Shown: positions 20,318 through 32,082 of the stretch, piece after piece
Position numbering within the stretch: position 1 is the first letter of the stretch
Layout of the letters: each line of letters starts with the position of its first letter
From: an uncultured Chthonomonadaceae bacterium
Lineage (GTDB): Bacteria > Armatimonadota > Chthonomonadetes > Chthonomonadales > Chthonomonadaceae
DNA: 64,000 bases
Assembly (NCBI GenBank): GCA_963835065.1
Contig: CAWIEK010000049.1
Location: 480,001 to 544,000, forward strand
Direction of reading: 5' to 3'
Program-made: the position numbers and the translations under genes
The notes under the pieces: generated by a model
Seen by the model: the letters and a program-made list of their open reading frames with translations, nothing else
What the model was told of the DNA's origin: nothing
Databases searched by the model: none

Positions 20318-22690
20318 ATGCGGAAAGGAACTGTTGGTCTTCTGGCGCTGTTTTGCCTGTGGGCGGCGCAATGCCGCGCGGACATCCCTGCCGAAGTGAT
20401 TCGGCAGGGCAAGAAAGCGACGGCGTTTGTGTACACGAGTCGGGCGGAGGGAAGCGCCTTCTGCATTGACGCGAACGGGCTGTTTGTCACCAACGCGCAT
20501 GTGCTGGAAGGCGCGGCGGTCCACAGCCGCGTCATGCTGGCGCTCAATCCCGGCGAAAGCAACCAGCGTGTGCTGGAAGCCGAAGTTGTCCGGGAAGACA
20601 AGCAGGCCGATCTTGCATTGCTGCAAACCAAAGAAACCACCGGGCTGACGGAACTGGAACTTGGCAGCGTCGGGGCATTGTCGGAAACGCAATCGGTTGT
20701 CGCGTTTGGCTATCCATTCGGCTCCGAACTTGCTGTTGCGGGCGGCAAATACCCTGCCATATCCGTCAACGTCGGGCGCATTACCGCCCTGCGCCACAAG
20801 GGCGGCAGCCTGCACGAACTGCAATTGGAAGCGTCCCTGAACCCCGGAAACTCCGGCGGGCCGGTACTCAACACAAAGGGGCAGGTTGTCGGCGTGGTGC
20901 AGGCGGGCGTACCGGGAACCCGCATTGAGTTCGCCATTGCCGTCAATCGCCTGCGCGACTTTCTGCGCAGCGTACAAGTCGTGCCCCGTTTTCCACAGTT
21001 GACGACGCGGACGCAGCAATCACCGCAAACGTTTGCTGTAGACGTGCTAACCCCGGTCAGACCCGCTTCGACGCTTGCCGTCACGCTTGCGCTGACGATG
21101 CCGGGGCAGGAAACCCGCGAATTTACCCTCAAGCACCTGAGCGGCAATCGGTTCAGCGTACAGGCCGTACCCCTTCCGTTGAATGTGCAGACCGTGCATT
21201 TACTGGTGAAAGACGCTTCCGGTTCCGGTGACTACATCGTAAAAAACAAGTCCGTGTCCGTAGGCGGCCAAGCCTGCAAACTGAGCGACATCAAACAGGT
21301 GGTTTACGGCAGTTCCGCTTATGCCGTGATGACGGACGGGCAAAAGCGAACGGGCATTATTTACGGGCTGACGGGGCTGGAAACGATTGAGGGTGGCGGC
21401 GTTCGTTTGGACATAACCGGAGCCAGAGAGATTCAGATACAGCCGCAGACGCTGGCAGGCGAAGAACTGAAATATCGCATTGTGGTGCGCGCGGACGGGC
21501 AGACGGTTTGCGAAGCATCCGGCGGACTGAAAATTCAGGCCGCTCCCCTTGCGCCGCTTGCGCCTGCCGCCGATGTGGTGACAGGACCGGGGCATCCGGC
21601 AGGCGCGGGGGAACCGGGCAGTATTTCTTTCGCCCCCTCCCGCGTGTACCCCGTTCCCGCAGCGCTGGATGTTGTTACAGCGGCGGACCTGGATGGAGAT
21701 AAATGGCCGGATGTGGTTGTCGGCGGCGGGCAGGAACTCGGCGTCCTGTATAATCATCGCAACGGTACGCTGGAACCCTACACGCGCCTGCTGACCTGGC
21801 AGGCCGGTGTTATGAACCGCGCCATTGCCGATGTCAACGGCGACGGTCTCCCGGACATTATCTTCACCGATGGCGCGGAACGGCTCGTGATTCTAATCAA
21901 TCAAGGAAACCGTCACTTTGCGGAGCCGACTTTTCAGCAGATTGGCCGGATTTCAACCCTGACAGTGGCGGATGTGAACGGAGACGGGAACCTGGACATT
22001 ATCGCTGTCGGCGGCGACGGCGGGGGCCTGTCGCGGGTAGTGCAAATTCTGCTGAATGACGGCAGTGGCGTGTTCCATGAGAAGTCACGATTTACGCGCT
22101 TCGATTACGCCGAGGGCGCGGCGGTGGGGGACCTCAACGGGGATGGCAAGGTAGATTTGGCCGTCACTTTTGAAACGTCTACCGTAGACCGAAGCGGCGT
22201 ACAAATTTATTATGGCGACGGCACAGGCAACTTTCAGCCCGGCCCCACCTATTACATCGGTACGCAAAACATGTTCGGCCCGACTCTAACGGATTTTAAC
22301 GGTGACGGCAAACTCGACCTGGCCCTGTGCAACTACTGGTCCGGCACCATCGTCGTGATGTTCGGGAACGGCGACGGCACATTCAAGCCCTACACGCGCT
22401 ACCCTGCCGCCAGCTACCCGCTCCACACGGCGGTGGCAGACTTTAACGGCGATGGCTGGCCCGACATTGCCGTGCCGATTAACGGCAATGGAAGCGTATA
22501 TGTTTACCGCAATCGCGGCGGCGGAATCTTCGTAGATCCCCTCGTTGTGCCTTCCGGCGGCAAGGACACGCGCAGTTGCTGTGTCGCGGACTTCAACCGG
22601 GACGGCAAGCCCGACCTGGTGGTTCAAAACATGGAAACCAAAACCATCGGGGTACTCATCAATACCAGTCCTGATGCTGTGTCACGGTAG
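20318..22690 (+). CDS. Secreted trypsin-like serine protease fused to FG-GAP/VCBS repeats
   Basis: TNAHV, DLALL, NPGNSGGP triad; about seven DxxxDGxxD repeats. Confidence 0.9.
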   Translation: MRKGTVGLLALFCLWAAQCRADIPAEVIRQGKKATAFVYTSRAEGSAFCIDANGLFVTNAHVLEGAAVHSRVMLALNPGESNQRVLEAEVVREDKQADLALLQTKETTGLTELELGSVGALSETQSVVAFGYPFGSELAVAGGKYPAISVNVGRITALRHKGGSLHELQLEASLNPGNSGGPVLNTKGQVVGVVQAGVPGTRIEFAIAVNRLRDFLRSVQVVPRFPQLTTRTQQSPQTFAVDVLTPVRPASTLAVTLALTMPGQETREFTLKHLSGNRFSVQAVPLPLNVQTVHLLVKDASGSGDYIVKNKSVSVGGQACKLSDIKQVVYGSSAYAVMTDGQKRTGIIYGLTGLETIEGGGVRLDITGAREIQIQPQTLAGEELKYRIVVRADGQTVCEASGGLKIQAAPLAPLAPAADVVTGPGHPAGAGEPGSISFAPSRVYPVPAALDVVTAADLDGDKWPDVVVGGGQELGVLYNHRNGTLEPYTRLLTWQAGVMNRAIADVNGDGLPDIIFTDGAERLVILINQGNRHFAEPTFQQIGRISTLTVADVNGDGNLDIIAVGGDGGGLSRVVQILLNDGSGVFHEKSRFTRFDYAEGAAVGDLNGDGKVDLAVTFETSTVDRSGVQIYYGDGTGNFQPGPTYYIGTQNMFGPTLTDFNGDGKLDLALCNYWSGTIVVMFGNGDGTFKPYTRYPAASYPLHTAVADFNGDGWPDIAVPINGNGSVYVYRNRGGGIFVDPLVVPSGGKDTRSCCVADFNRDGKPDLVVQNMETKTIGVLINTSPDAVSR

Positions 22691-22747
22691 AAGGCAGGGT
22701 ACGTTATGGCGTTTCTACTGCATACATTGTTACGACGGAGAATACAA

Positions 22748-23320
22748 ATGCGAAAATTAAGCGCGGGCTTTTTGGTGGCTTTAGGCTTGATTGGCCTGCC
22801 GACGCTTGCCGCTACGGAACCGCAGGCAGACTTGCCGCCGGATTTTCTTCCCACCTTTCAGATAATGGATGCGGCGTATGCGCGCCAGGACATCGAGGGA
22901 ATTGTGGCGCGCTACGCCCCGCATTGCGCGTTCACTGAGGTTAGTCTAATTACCAGCATGTCAACTCCCAATGCTGCCGGCAAGGACGTGGAAACCAAGC
23001 TCAAAACCCATTTCCGACATGATCTTGCGTGGCAGCGTCAGAACTTACAGCAGTTTTTCACGGTGACAGATGGGCCGCCAGACTCTCAATTTCCACCGGC
23101 GCGAAAGACAACCGTCACGTCCAGCGTACAACAATCCGTTCTGAACCGCAAAGCAACGGAATTGCGCCTGACTGTGGAGCGCAAGGTTCATTTTGATCGC
23201 GGGCAGGCACAGGAAATACGCAGCGAAGTGGATGAGGAGGTATGGAGCAAAAACGCGCAGGGCTGGAAGCTTAAACGCCTCACGATACATCCAAAAGGAG
23301 ATATGATCTTTATCGGTTAA
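22748..23320 (+). CDS. Exported hypothetical protein (possibly NTF2-like)
   Basis: Signal peptide; MDAAYARQD and C-terminal W..GWKL pattern. Confidence 0.5.
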   Translation: MRKLSAGFLVALGLIGLPTLAATEPQADLPPDFLPTFQIMDAAYARQDIEGIVARYAPHCAFTEVSLITSMSTPNAAGKDVETKLKTHFRHDLAWQRQNLQQFFTVTDGPPDSQFPPARKTTVTSSVQQSVLNRKATELRLTVERKVHFDRGQAQEIRSEVDEEVWSKNAQGWKLKRLTIHPKGDMIFIG

Positions 23321-23465
23321 TAGAAAAAACCAGTTAAGCATGGTACTGACGCTTGTGACCGGTATACGAAATACCGGCTGTCAGGCATGCGACCAATTGT
23401 CCTGCGGACACGAGATAGCGCCATGTTAAAGTGGTTTGTCTATAAGCGTTACTTTGAGTTGTGAT

Positions 23466-23500
23466 AAAACGGGCAGAGGTAATGTTCCTTTGCCCGTTTT
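23466..23500. terminator. Bidirectional intrinsic terminator
   Basis: aaaacgggca...tgcccgtttt between convergent genes. Confidence 0.6.
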
Positions 23501-23532
23501 GCTTCGGATAGGCGCGTGGCGGGGTTATGCCG

Positions 23533-24132
23533 CTACTTCTTTTTATCGGCTTTCTTGGTGTCCTTGTCCGCGTCTTTGTCGCCGCTCAGCCGGACGGACG
23601 TAATCACATCGCCAACAGCCAGTTTGTCCACCAACTCCGCGCCTTTGGTCACTTTGCCGAACGCGCAGTAACCGCTGTCCAGGCTGTGGTTGGCTTTCAG
23701 GTTGATGAAAATCTGGCAGTCGCCGCTGTTGGGATTTTGGGAACGCGCCAGGCCGAGCGTGTACTTCTCGTGCAGCATCTTGGCCTCTAAGGGAACCGGG
23801 TGGCCGGAGTCGTGCGATCCAATCCCGTTCGCGTCGAACTGATCCGGGCTGAGATTCTTGCTTTTAGGGTCGCCCCATTGCACCACGAAGCCGGGTTCCA
23901 CGCGGTGAATTTTGATGCCGTCGTAGAACTTCTGCTTGACCAAATCCACGATGTGCGCGACGGTTTTGGGAGCCATGTTCGGGTACAACTCCATGACAAT
24001 CGTGCCTCGTTTGGCAACCACCATCGTAATCTTGGGGTTGTCGGCGGCATGAGCCGCTAATGTCGCCACCACAAACAACATCGCCAGCAGCGCCGACCAA
24101 AAGCCGCGCTCTCCAAATCTATTCGTGTTCAA
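23533..24132 (-). CDS. Cyclophilin-type peptidyl-prolyl isomerase, exported
   Basis: APKTVAH, FYDGIKIHRVEPGFVVQWGDP, YCAFGKV. Confidence 0.9.
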   Translation of the reverse strand: MNTNRFGERGFWSALLAMLFVVATLAAHAADNPKITMVVAKRGTIVMELYPNMAPKTVAHIVDLVKQKFYDGIKIHRVEPGFVVQWGDPKSKNLSPDQFDANGIGSHDSGHPVPLEAKMLHEKYTLGLARSQNPNSGDCQIFINLKANHSLDSGYCAFGKVTKGAELVDKLAVGDVITSVRLSGDKDADKDTKKADKKK

Positions 24133-24264
24133 ATGCTTCTCCTTGTAGGTAGGGGGTTATGGTTTTAGGGTTCTATGGTGTTAGGTATTGGGTATTAGGT
24201 GTTGGGCTTCTGTCTTCTGTCTTCTGTCTTCTGCCTAATATCTAATGCCTAATGCCTCATGCCT

Positions 24265-24996
24265 CTACTGCGCCGTCAAACTTTTAATCACATCGCCCTT
24301 TTGGATTTTGTCTACCACGTCCTGCCCTTCCACAACCATGCCGAAGACGCAGTATTGATGGTCGAGGGCGGGGTTATCATTCAGGTTGAAGTAAAACTGG
24401 CAGTCGCCGCTGTTGGGCGATTGCGAGCGCGCCAGGCCGATGCTGTACTTCTTGTGCAGCAGATGCGCTTCCAGGGGCACAGTCTTGCCGGAGTCGTGGG
24501 AGCCGATGCTTTTGGCGTCGAACTCCTCCACGCTGGCGTCTTTGCTTTCCGGGTCGCCGCCCTGCACGACGAAACCGGGTTCAAGGCGGTGGAACTTGAT
24601 GCCTTCATAAAAATGCCGATGGCACAGATCGAGGAAATGCGCGACGGTTTGCGGAGCCGCTTTGGGGTACAACTCCATGACGATTTTACCCCGGCCTTCC
24701 ACTTCCAGAGTGGCTTTTTGCGCCCCGGCTTTCACCTGTTCAAAGGTCATGGGCGTGGTGTCCGCGGGGGGCGCGTCTGCCGCTGCCGGGGGCGTTGTTT
24801 TTCCATTGGCTGGCGTTGATTTGGCGGTGGCCTGCTGTTTGCGCGCTTCTTCCTGCTCTTTCTCCTCGTCAACGCGGGCCTGGTCAGCGGGCGGCAAAGC
24901 GCCGCGATTCGGATGCCTGGAGGAAACAACGGCAGTCAAGAGAATGGCGGCTAAAATTAACCCCACAATTCCCAACAAAGGGCTGATGGATCGCAT
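24265..24996 (-). CDS. Cyclophilin-type peptidyl-prolyl isomerase, membrane-anchored paralog
   Basis: FYEGIKFHRLEPGFVVQGGDP, YCVFGMV; N-terminal TM helix. Confidence 0.9.
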   Translation of the reverse strand: MRSISPLLGIVGLILAAILLTAVVSSRHPNRGALPPADQARVDEEKEQEEARKQQATAKSTPANGKTTPPAAADAPPADTTPMTFEQVKAGAQKATLEVEGRGKIVMELYPKAAPQTVAHFLDLCHRHFYEGIKFHRLEPGFVVQGGDPESKDASVEEFDAKSIGSHDSGKTVPLEAHLLHKKYSIGLARSQSPNSGDCQFYFNLNDNPALDHQYCVFGMVVEGQDVVDKIQKGDVIKSLTAQ

Positions 24997-25262
24997 AACA
25001 ATAGATTCTCCTATCGCAAAGATAAAAACGCAAGGGTAGAAAGCGCAAAGCATAAACGCGCATGGCAAAGGCAATTTGGCAGGGGCTATGCGCTTGTGTT
25101 ATAATGGTGTCTTACCGTGTTGGATGGCAAGTTTTGTTCCCGACAATGAGTGAAGCGCCGTTGCGTGGCGTTGCGCCGTTTTGAGGCTACAAACCGCGCT
25201 TTTTTGATGCAAACAGCCCGACTCAAAACGTAAACAGAGTTATTCTAAGGATATTCTACCCG

Positions 25263-26033
25263 ATGTTAGCTTCCCGCGTGATTCCCTGTCTGGATGTAAA
25301 AGCCGGGCGTGTCGTAAAAGGCGTGAATTTCGTCAATCTGCGCGACGCGGGCGACCCCGTGGAACTGGCCGCGCGCTACGACGCGATGGGCGCGGACGAA
25401 TTGGTTTTTCTGGATATTACGGCCAGCCATGAAGAGCGCGATGTGATTGTGGACGTAGCGCGCCGGGTGGCCGAACAGGTGTTTATTCCCTTTACGGTTG
25501 GCGGCGGCATCCGCACGGTGGACGATTTTCGCAAGATTTTACGGGCAGGAGCCGACAAAGTAGGTGTCAACAGCGCCGCTGTAAAAAACCCGGCCATTAT
25601 GACGCAGGCGGCGGAACAGTTCGGGCGGCAGTGCGTAGTAATCGCCATTGACCCCAAGCGCGTGGGAACCAAACCGGACGGCTCGCCGCATTGGGAAGTG
25701 TTCATCAACGGCGGCAGGACCCCAACGGGATTGGACGCGCTGGAATGGGCGCAGGAAGCCGAACAGCGCGGCGCGGGCGAAATCCTGCTCACAAGCATGG
25801 ACAGGGATGGTACGCAAGTCGGCTACGATCTGGAACTGACCCGCGCCGTCGCCAACAGCGTACAAATTCCCGTCATCGCCTCCGGGGGCGCGGGTACGCC
25901 GCAGCACTGCCTGGAAGCCATAACAAAGGGCCACGCCGACGCCGCTTTAATCGCCTCAATGGTGCATGACGGCCATTACACCATAGAAGACATTAAACAT
26001 TATATGCGCGAACACGGCGTTTGCGTCAGGTAA
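25263..26033 (+). CDS. hisF: Imidazole glycerol phosphate synthase subunit HisF
   Basis: [39 protein letters not shown]. Confidence 0.97.
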   Translation: MLASRVIPCLDVKAGRVVKGVNFVNLRDAGDPVELAARYDAMGADELVFLDITASHEERDVIVDVARRVAEQVFIPFTVGGGIRTVDDFRKILRAGADKVGVNSAAVKNPAIMTQAAEQFGRQCVVIAIDPKRVGTKPDGSPHWEVFINGGRTPTGLDALEWAQEAEQRGAGEILLTSMDRDGTQVGYDLELTRAVANSVQIPVIASGGAGTPQHCLEAITKGHADAALIASMVHDGHYTIEDIKHYMREHGVCVR

Positions 26034-26171
26034 GTAGTTGATAGTTGATGGTTGATAGTTGATAGTTCCTGTACCATAGTCTTTGCTGTGGGTTTGGCTG
26101 ATGATGAGGCTACTCTACATTCGGGCAGATGCCTATCAACTATCAACTATCAACTAAAAAGGAGTGTTTTC

Positions 26172-26543
26172 GTGCAAATACCGGAGGGTTTGAAGTACGA
26201 CGGCAATGGATTGATTGCCGCAGTGGTGCAGGATGCGGCCAATGGCGACGTGCTGATGGTTGGTTACATGAACCGCGAGGCTGTGGAACGGACGCTGCAA
26301 ACAAAGCGCGTTACTTTTTGGAGTCGTTCGCGTCAACAATTTTGGGTGAAGGGTGAAACTTCCGGCAACGCGCAGCACGTTATAGAAGTCTATGTGGATT
26401 GCGATCAGGACTGCCTGCTCGTGAAAGTGGAACAAGTCGGCGCCGCCTGCCATGAAGGCTACCGCTCTTGTTTCTTCCGCCGCATTGCCCCCGACGGCAA
26501 CGAACTCGAAACCCTCGGCACACCGTTGATGAAAGCTTATTAA
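26172..26543 (+). CDS. hisI: Phosphoribosyl-AMP cyclohydrolase
   Basis: [34 protein letters not shown] start after GGAG. Confidence 0.95.
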   Translation: MQIPEGLKYDGNGLIAAVVQDAANGDVLMVGYMNREAVERTLQTKRVTFWSRSRQQFWVKGETSGNAQHVIEVYVDCDQDCLLVKVEQVGAACHEGYRSCFFRRIAPDGNELETLGTPLMKAY

Positions 26544-26692
26544 TGCGGGTGTTCAGGTGTTCAGGTATTCGGGTTTCAGGAAATACAGAAGTACCGCAGT
26601 TTACTATGGCACAGCAAGTTGAATACCTGAACACCTGAACACCTGAACACCCGAATACCTGAACACCGTTTTACGAAGGGAACTACCCATCC

Positions 26693-29600
26693 ATGTCTGC
26701 TTTGTCCGCTTTTCGCAGGAAGATTGGTTTGCGCCGCGTCCTTGCCGCTTCTGTAGGCGTTGGAGCGTTGTTGGGAGATCGGCAGTTTCGGGACAGCCCG
26801 CGCAGGCTGCCCCGCCGCACTATGCGGACATTATGCCTTTGAGTCAGGTAAAGCCGGGAATGACCGGGTACGGCCTGACTACGTTCAAGGGCACGACGGT
26901 TTCGCGCTTTGAAGTGACCATTATCGGTATCGAGCGCAAGGTGAACAACGGGCATGACCTGATTCTGATTCGCATGAAGGGCGGCCCGATCACCGAACGG
27001 GGCGCGAACCTGATTCACGGCATGAGCGGCAGCCCCATTTATATTAACGGCAAGTGCATCGGCGCGTTCTCGCAGGGCGAAGCCTGGCCCAAAGAACCCG
27101 TCGGCATGGTCACGCCCATCGAAGATATGCTGGAAGCGTGGGACCCGGATATTCCCCAACAGCCCCCCTATTTCCAGCCCGCCGACAAGCAGCCCACGCC
27201 GAACGCGCCTACTAACCCATCGCCGACAGACAAAGACAAGCCGGAAGCGAGTAAAGGAAAAAAGGAAAAGGGCAAAACCACCCGCGCGGGTATTTACCCT
27301 CAACCCTCAACTCTCAACCCTCAACCTGTGACAGTGCAGTTGTCCACGCCTGTAACGGTTGGCGCTCGGCGGATTAAAACCATTGTGCTGAATGCGGGGC
27401 CGAACAGCGCTTGGCAAGTCGGGACGATTGCGCCGTGCTGCACCGGGCGACCTCATTTGCAGTGGTCAGCGGCGTCAGCGACAAACAGCGCGAAGCGTTC
27501 CAAAAGGAACTGGACAAGCGCGGCTTTGCTATGACACTTATGCAGGGGCCGGCAATGGCGGCGGGCAAGGCCAACATTCCCGCGTCGTCCTTAAAGCCCG
27601 GTTCCGTGTTCGGCACGTTTTTGTCGTCCGGGGATGTAGAATTCGGCGCGTTCGGAACCGTGACGTACCGCAAGGGCAACCGCATTTTGGGCTTCGGGCA
27701 TCCGTTCTTCGGATTGGGGGCGCTCAATGCCGCCACGACAACCGCGTCCGTCGTAGACGTGTTTTCGGGCTTGCAGACTTCGCACCTGATTGCCGAAGCC
27801 GGCCCGGTTGTTGGCACGTTCACGCAGGATCGGAATTTTTCGGTGGGCGCGGAATTGGGCCGCAAACCCATACAAATTCCCTTTACCATCACGGTCAATG
27901 ACCAGACCATGCACCATAGCCAGACGTTCCACACGCAGATGTTCCAGCATCCCGACCTGACCGCCGCGCTGATGAGCATGATCGGGCAGGCGGCGGTATC
28001 GCGCATTCACAACATGCCCGGCGACATGATGGCGCGGGTGACGACAACGGTGGACGCGGGCGAAGTGGGCAAAACCACGCGCACCAACCTGCTGTTCGAC
28101 GCCGACGACATTTCGCAGGCCGTGACACATGACCTGACCGACATTACGGGCATTATCAGCGGCAACCCGTTTTATCCCCTGCCGATTAAAAGCGCGAGTA
28201 TGACCGTGAACCTGTACAGCGGGCACAACACGGCCACCATTGAGCGCATCTTTCTCAAGCAGGGACGCTACGAACCGGGTGACACGCTGGAAGTGGGCGT
28301 CGTGCTGAAACCGTATCGCCGCGACCCGATTTTCAAAAATTTAACGCTGAAAATTCCTTCCGACACACCGACCGGACGCTACGCGCTTGCGGTGCGCGGC
28401 GGTTCGCCGACCGTAACGCGCATCGGCCCGTTTGTTCTCAGCGGGGGCGGAGCGCCGGACACGCAGACTCCTCCCGTCAACGTCCGGCAGATGATCGCTC
28501 GCTTAAACGCGCGGGAAACCAATACCGACATGGTAGCGCGTCTGGTGCTGAACACCGCTGCCCCTGCTATCGAAGGGGAAAAACTGTCGCAACTGCCGCC
28601 CAATCTGGCCGTGCTGATGCGCAGTGACCGCAACTCCGGCGTCCGAATCGAGCGCGACGAATTGCGAGCGAGTGCGCCTACGGATTATGTTGTGAGCGGG
28701 ACGCAGCAGCTTGTCGTGACCATTGTGCGCAAGAACACGCAGGAAGTGCCCGGCGCGGTCACGTTCCCAAGTTCTTCGGGCAGTTCCTCAGCAGGCAGCA
28801 GTTCCTCCTCCTCGTCGCTGCAATCAGGAAGCAGCAGCGGCGCTTCCGCGCAGGACGATGACGCGAAAGCAGCGCCGGACAGCGTGAACATGGGACTTTT
28901 GCAGTTGGGCAGTGAAACGCAGCGCTGGTTTGATGAATTGACCGGCGCGAATAAAGCAAAGCCGCAGGAAACGGCTGCCGAGCAGGACCCTTCCGTGAAC
29001 CCGCTCAAGCCGACGGCTCCCGACGCCAAAACCAGGCAGGACAAGAACTCTAAAACCAAAAACACGAAGCAGGCGGTGGCGGCTCCGCCTGCCCCTGCTG
29101 CCACTCCCGCCGCTGCCGCCACAACCGGGGATACCAAGCCCGCAACCACGCCTAGCGACAACGAACCCGTGAAAATCGTCGCCCGCCAACTGCAAGTGTG
29201 GCGGCAGTCGGGCGCGAACGGCTTTGCGTCCGGCAAGTTCATGGGAACCAGCGTGACGGCAACGGGGGAACTGCGCCTTGCGCCCCGCCTGCGTCGACTG
29301 GCAACTACGAATGAAACCTATATCTGGTCCGTCGTAACCGACAATGACGGCAACGTGTACGCGGGAACCGGCACATCGGGCAAAATCCTGAAAGTGGATG
29401 CAAGCGGGGCGGTGAAAACATTCGCGCAGTTGCCTATCGTGTCCGTGCAAAGCCTGCTGATGGCGCGGGATGGAACCTTGTGGGCAGGCAGCAGCGTGAA
29501 GGGACAACTGTTTCACGTCAAGCAGGACGGCACATTCACGCTGACCGCCACCCTGCCGGAAAAATATATCCTTGCGCTTGCCGAAGACAGCGCGGGAAAT

Positions 29601-31355
29601 CTGTACGTCGGACCGGGCGGCGGCGGCAACATTTACAAAGTGCCTGCCGGCTTCAACGCGCCGGACGCCACGCGCCCGGACACCTTGAAGCCGTTCGTGA
29701 AAACGCCTGCCGATTACGTCACGTCCATGACGATTGACGGCAAAGACAATCTGTATGTCGGCACAGGCAACGAGGGTATCGTCTACCGCATCACGCCGGA
29801 CGGCAAAAGCAGCGTCCTGTACGACGCTAAAGAAAACAGCATCACCGCGCTGGCAATGATGCCGGACGGCAATCTGTACGCGGGAACGGGGCCGAAGGGA
29901 CTGCTGTACCGCATCACGCCCGATGGCCTCGCCAGCGTCGTTTATGACCGCGCCACCAGTTTCTATACGGGCTTGCGCGTGGCAAAAGACGGTTCGCTGT
30001 ACGCAACGACGGTCAATGCCGCGTACCATATCACGCCTTCCGGTTCCGATCCGGCGCGTCCCGTTGTGCAGCCGCTTGATAATCCCCGCGACGTGGACTT
30101 TCTGACGCTCGGCCTGCTGCCGGACGGTACGCCCATCATCGGCACGGGCAACATCGGCGAGTTGTACACGGCGGCAGGCGACAACAGCGGTTCCGGGGAA
30201 GGCCGTCAGCCGGGTTCGGGAACGTTTGAAAGCGTGATTCACGATTCCAAAGTGGTGAGTCAATGGGGCGCGCTGCGCGTCAACGCCCTGCTCAATGGCG
30301 GCGCGAAACTGGCAATCGCAACGCGAACCGGCAATGTGGCGGAACCGGATTCAACATGGAGCGACTGGAAAACGGCCACGCCCATCGGCAACAATGAAAA
30401 CCGCGTTACCAGCCCGCCCGCCCGCTTTATCCAATATCGCCTGATGCTGTCACCGTCTTCCGGGACATCGGGAACCACAAGCGGCATTGGCATGAACGCG
30501 CCTTCGGTGCGCGAAGTAAGCCTGTCCTACATGCCGCGCAACCAGGCTCCCCGCGTGGCGTTTGTGTTGCCGCAGGGTGGCGAACGCTGGGCCAAATCGC
30601 AAACCATTCGCTGGTCGGGCATAGACCCGGACGGCGACACGCTGAGTTACGAACTGTTCTATTCGACGGATGGCGCGAATTGGAAGCCCCTACCCACTGC
30701 GGCAACGGCTTCCACCAGCGCGTCCACAACTACAGCCGCCATCTCCACATCCGGCACGGGCAGGAATGTGGCAGCCGCTACGCCCGCGCTTTCGCTGGAC
30801 GAAGTTCAGAAACGCTTGGAAGCGCAGAACGCGCCCGAATCGGTACGCCGCATGGTGCTGGAATCCGCGCAGCGCCGCCTTGCGGCGGGCGGAGACGGGA
30901 GCGGAACAGGAGGGGCCGGCTCACGGGAAACCTCCAAAACGTGGGACACGAAAAGCCTGCCGGATGGAACCTACTGGCTGAAAATCGTGGCTTCCGATTA
31001 TCCGAGCAACCCCTCCGATGCGCAAACCGCGCAGGCGATTTCCGACCCATTCGTGATCTGTAACAGCCTGCCGCAGCTGACGATGAGCGGAACGCCGCTT
31101 GTTGGCGCGGACCGTCGCGTCACCCTGTCCGGCAGCGCGACACAGGGCCTGATCTCAATCACAGCCGTGCAGTATCGCGTAGACGGCGGCGACTGGCTGG
31201 CTGCCGCCGCCCGCGATGGCCTGTTCGACTCGACCAACGAAGGCTTCGCGCTGACCACGCTGCCCCTGACGCCCGGCAAGCACACGATTGAAGTCGCCGC
31301 CTTCAACGCCGCCAGCGGCAAAACCACGCAGCGCGTCGAAGTGACCGTGCCGTAG
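26693..31355 (+). CDS. SpoIVB/S55 serine peptidase fused to beta-propeller and Ig-like domains (frameshifts near 26790 and 27410)
   Basis: GMSGSP, GTVTY, FGHPF S55 motifs, then repeated (D)GNLY(A/V)G blades. Confidence 0.8.
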
Positions 31356-31383
31356 CGCCTCACCGAGCGTACATTCGTAGATA

Positions 31384-31473
31384 TGGCTCCTCGTCTGGCC
31401 GCGCAGCCAAATGAACACGTACAAGCGCTGAAACCGTGTTCGTTTGCGCGGTCAGGAGTGGGAGCCACTTTTT
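31384..31473 (+). terminator. Long three-segment hairpin followed by a U tract
   Basis: tggctcc/ggagcca, ctggccgcgca/tgcgcggtcag and aaatgaacacg/cgtgttcgttt pairings, then cttttt. Confidence 0.5.
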
Positions 31474-31679
31474 ATGCGGGCTGTAGCAGTCCATTGAGGA
31501 ACGGCAGGAGAAAACTATGGCAATCGCGCAATCCGACCTGTTGCCACAACCGATGACGTATGAAAGTGCGCCTTACACATGGAAGCCTGGCATAAAATAC
31601 ATGACCCGGTAGCGAAAGTTCGCCGCCAGGTTGTTGGCTCTGGTATACTATACACAGACACAAGTATCTGGAGAAGCCC

Positions 31680-32060
31680 ATGATGCAAACAGAATTGTTG
31701 GAGCGGATACCTGCACAGGATTGGGAAGCGACCCCTGCTTCTGTGCGAACATTGTTGCTTTCTCTACTGCCGCTGGAAACGGAAGTTTCCGCCTTGCGCG
31801 CTCGATTGCTGACGTTCGACCAGAACAGGGAAACCGCAAGTAACCAAATACAACTAACCGGCAGTGACCGTTATCAGGATTTGGTGGAGAAGCTGCTGAT
31901 AAGCGGCTTGAGCGCAGAAGAAACACAAGAGATGGAACGCCTGGGAGCGCAGATGGATACGCAAAGCGCGCCTTTCTACAAAGCGGCATTGCTGCGCATG
32001 AAGGCTGCCTCTAAATATACGCAACTTCGCGCTATGCCTCCTGTCCAACAGAGCATATAA
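31680..32060 (+). CDS. Hypothetical protein
   Basis: 126-aa ORF with GGAG RBS, directly upstream of ccmA. Confidence 0.55.
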   Translation: MMQTELLERIPAQDWEATPASVRTLLLSLLPLETEVSALRARLLTFDQNRETASNQIQLTGSDRYQDLVEKLLISGLSAEETQEMERLGAQMDTQSAPFYKAALLRMKAASKYTQLRAMPPVQQSI

Positions 32061-32082
32061 ACGCCTTTTTTCGCCAACGCTT

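Noticed and set aside
23533..24996. Tandem cyclophilin paralogs as a novel system
   Set aside because: Simple local duplication of a common foldase.
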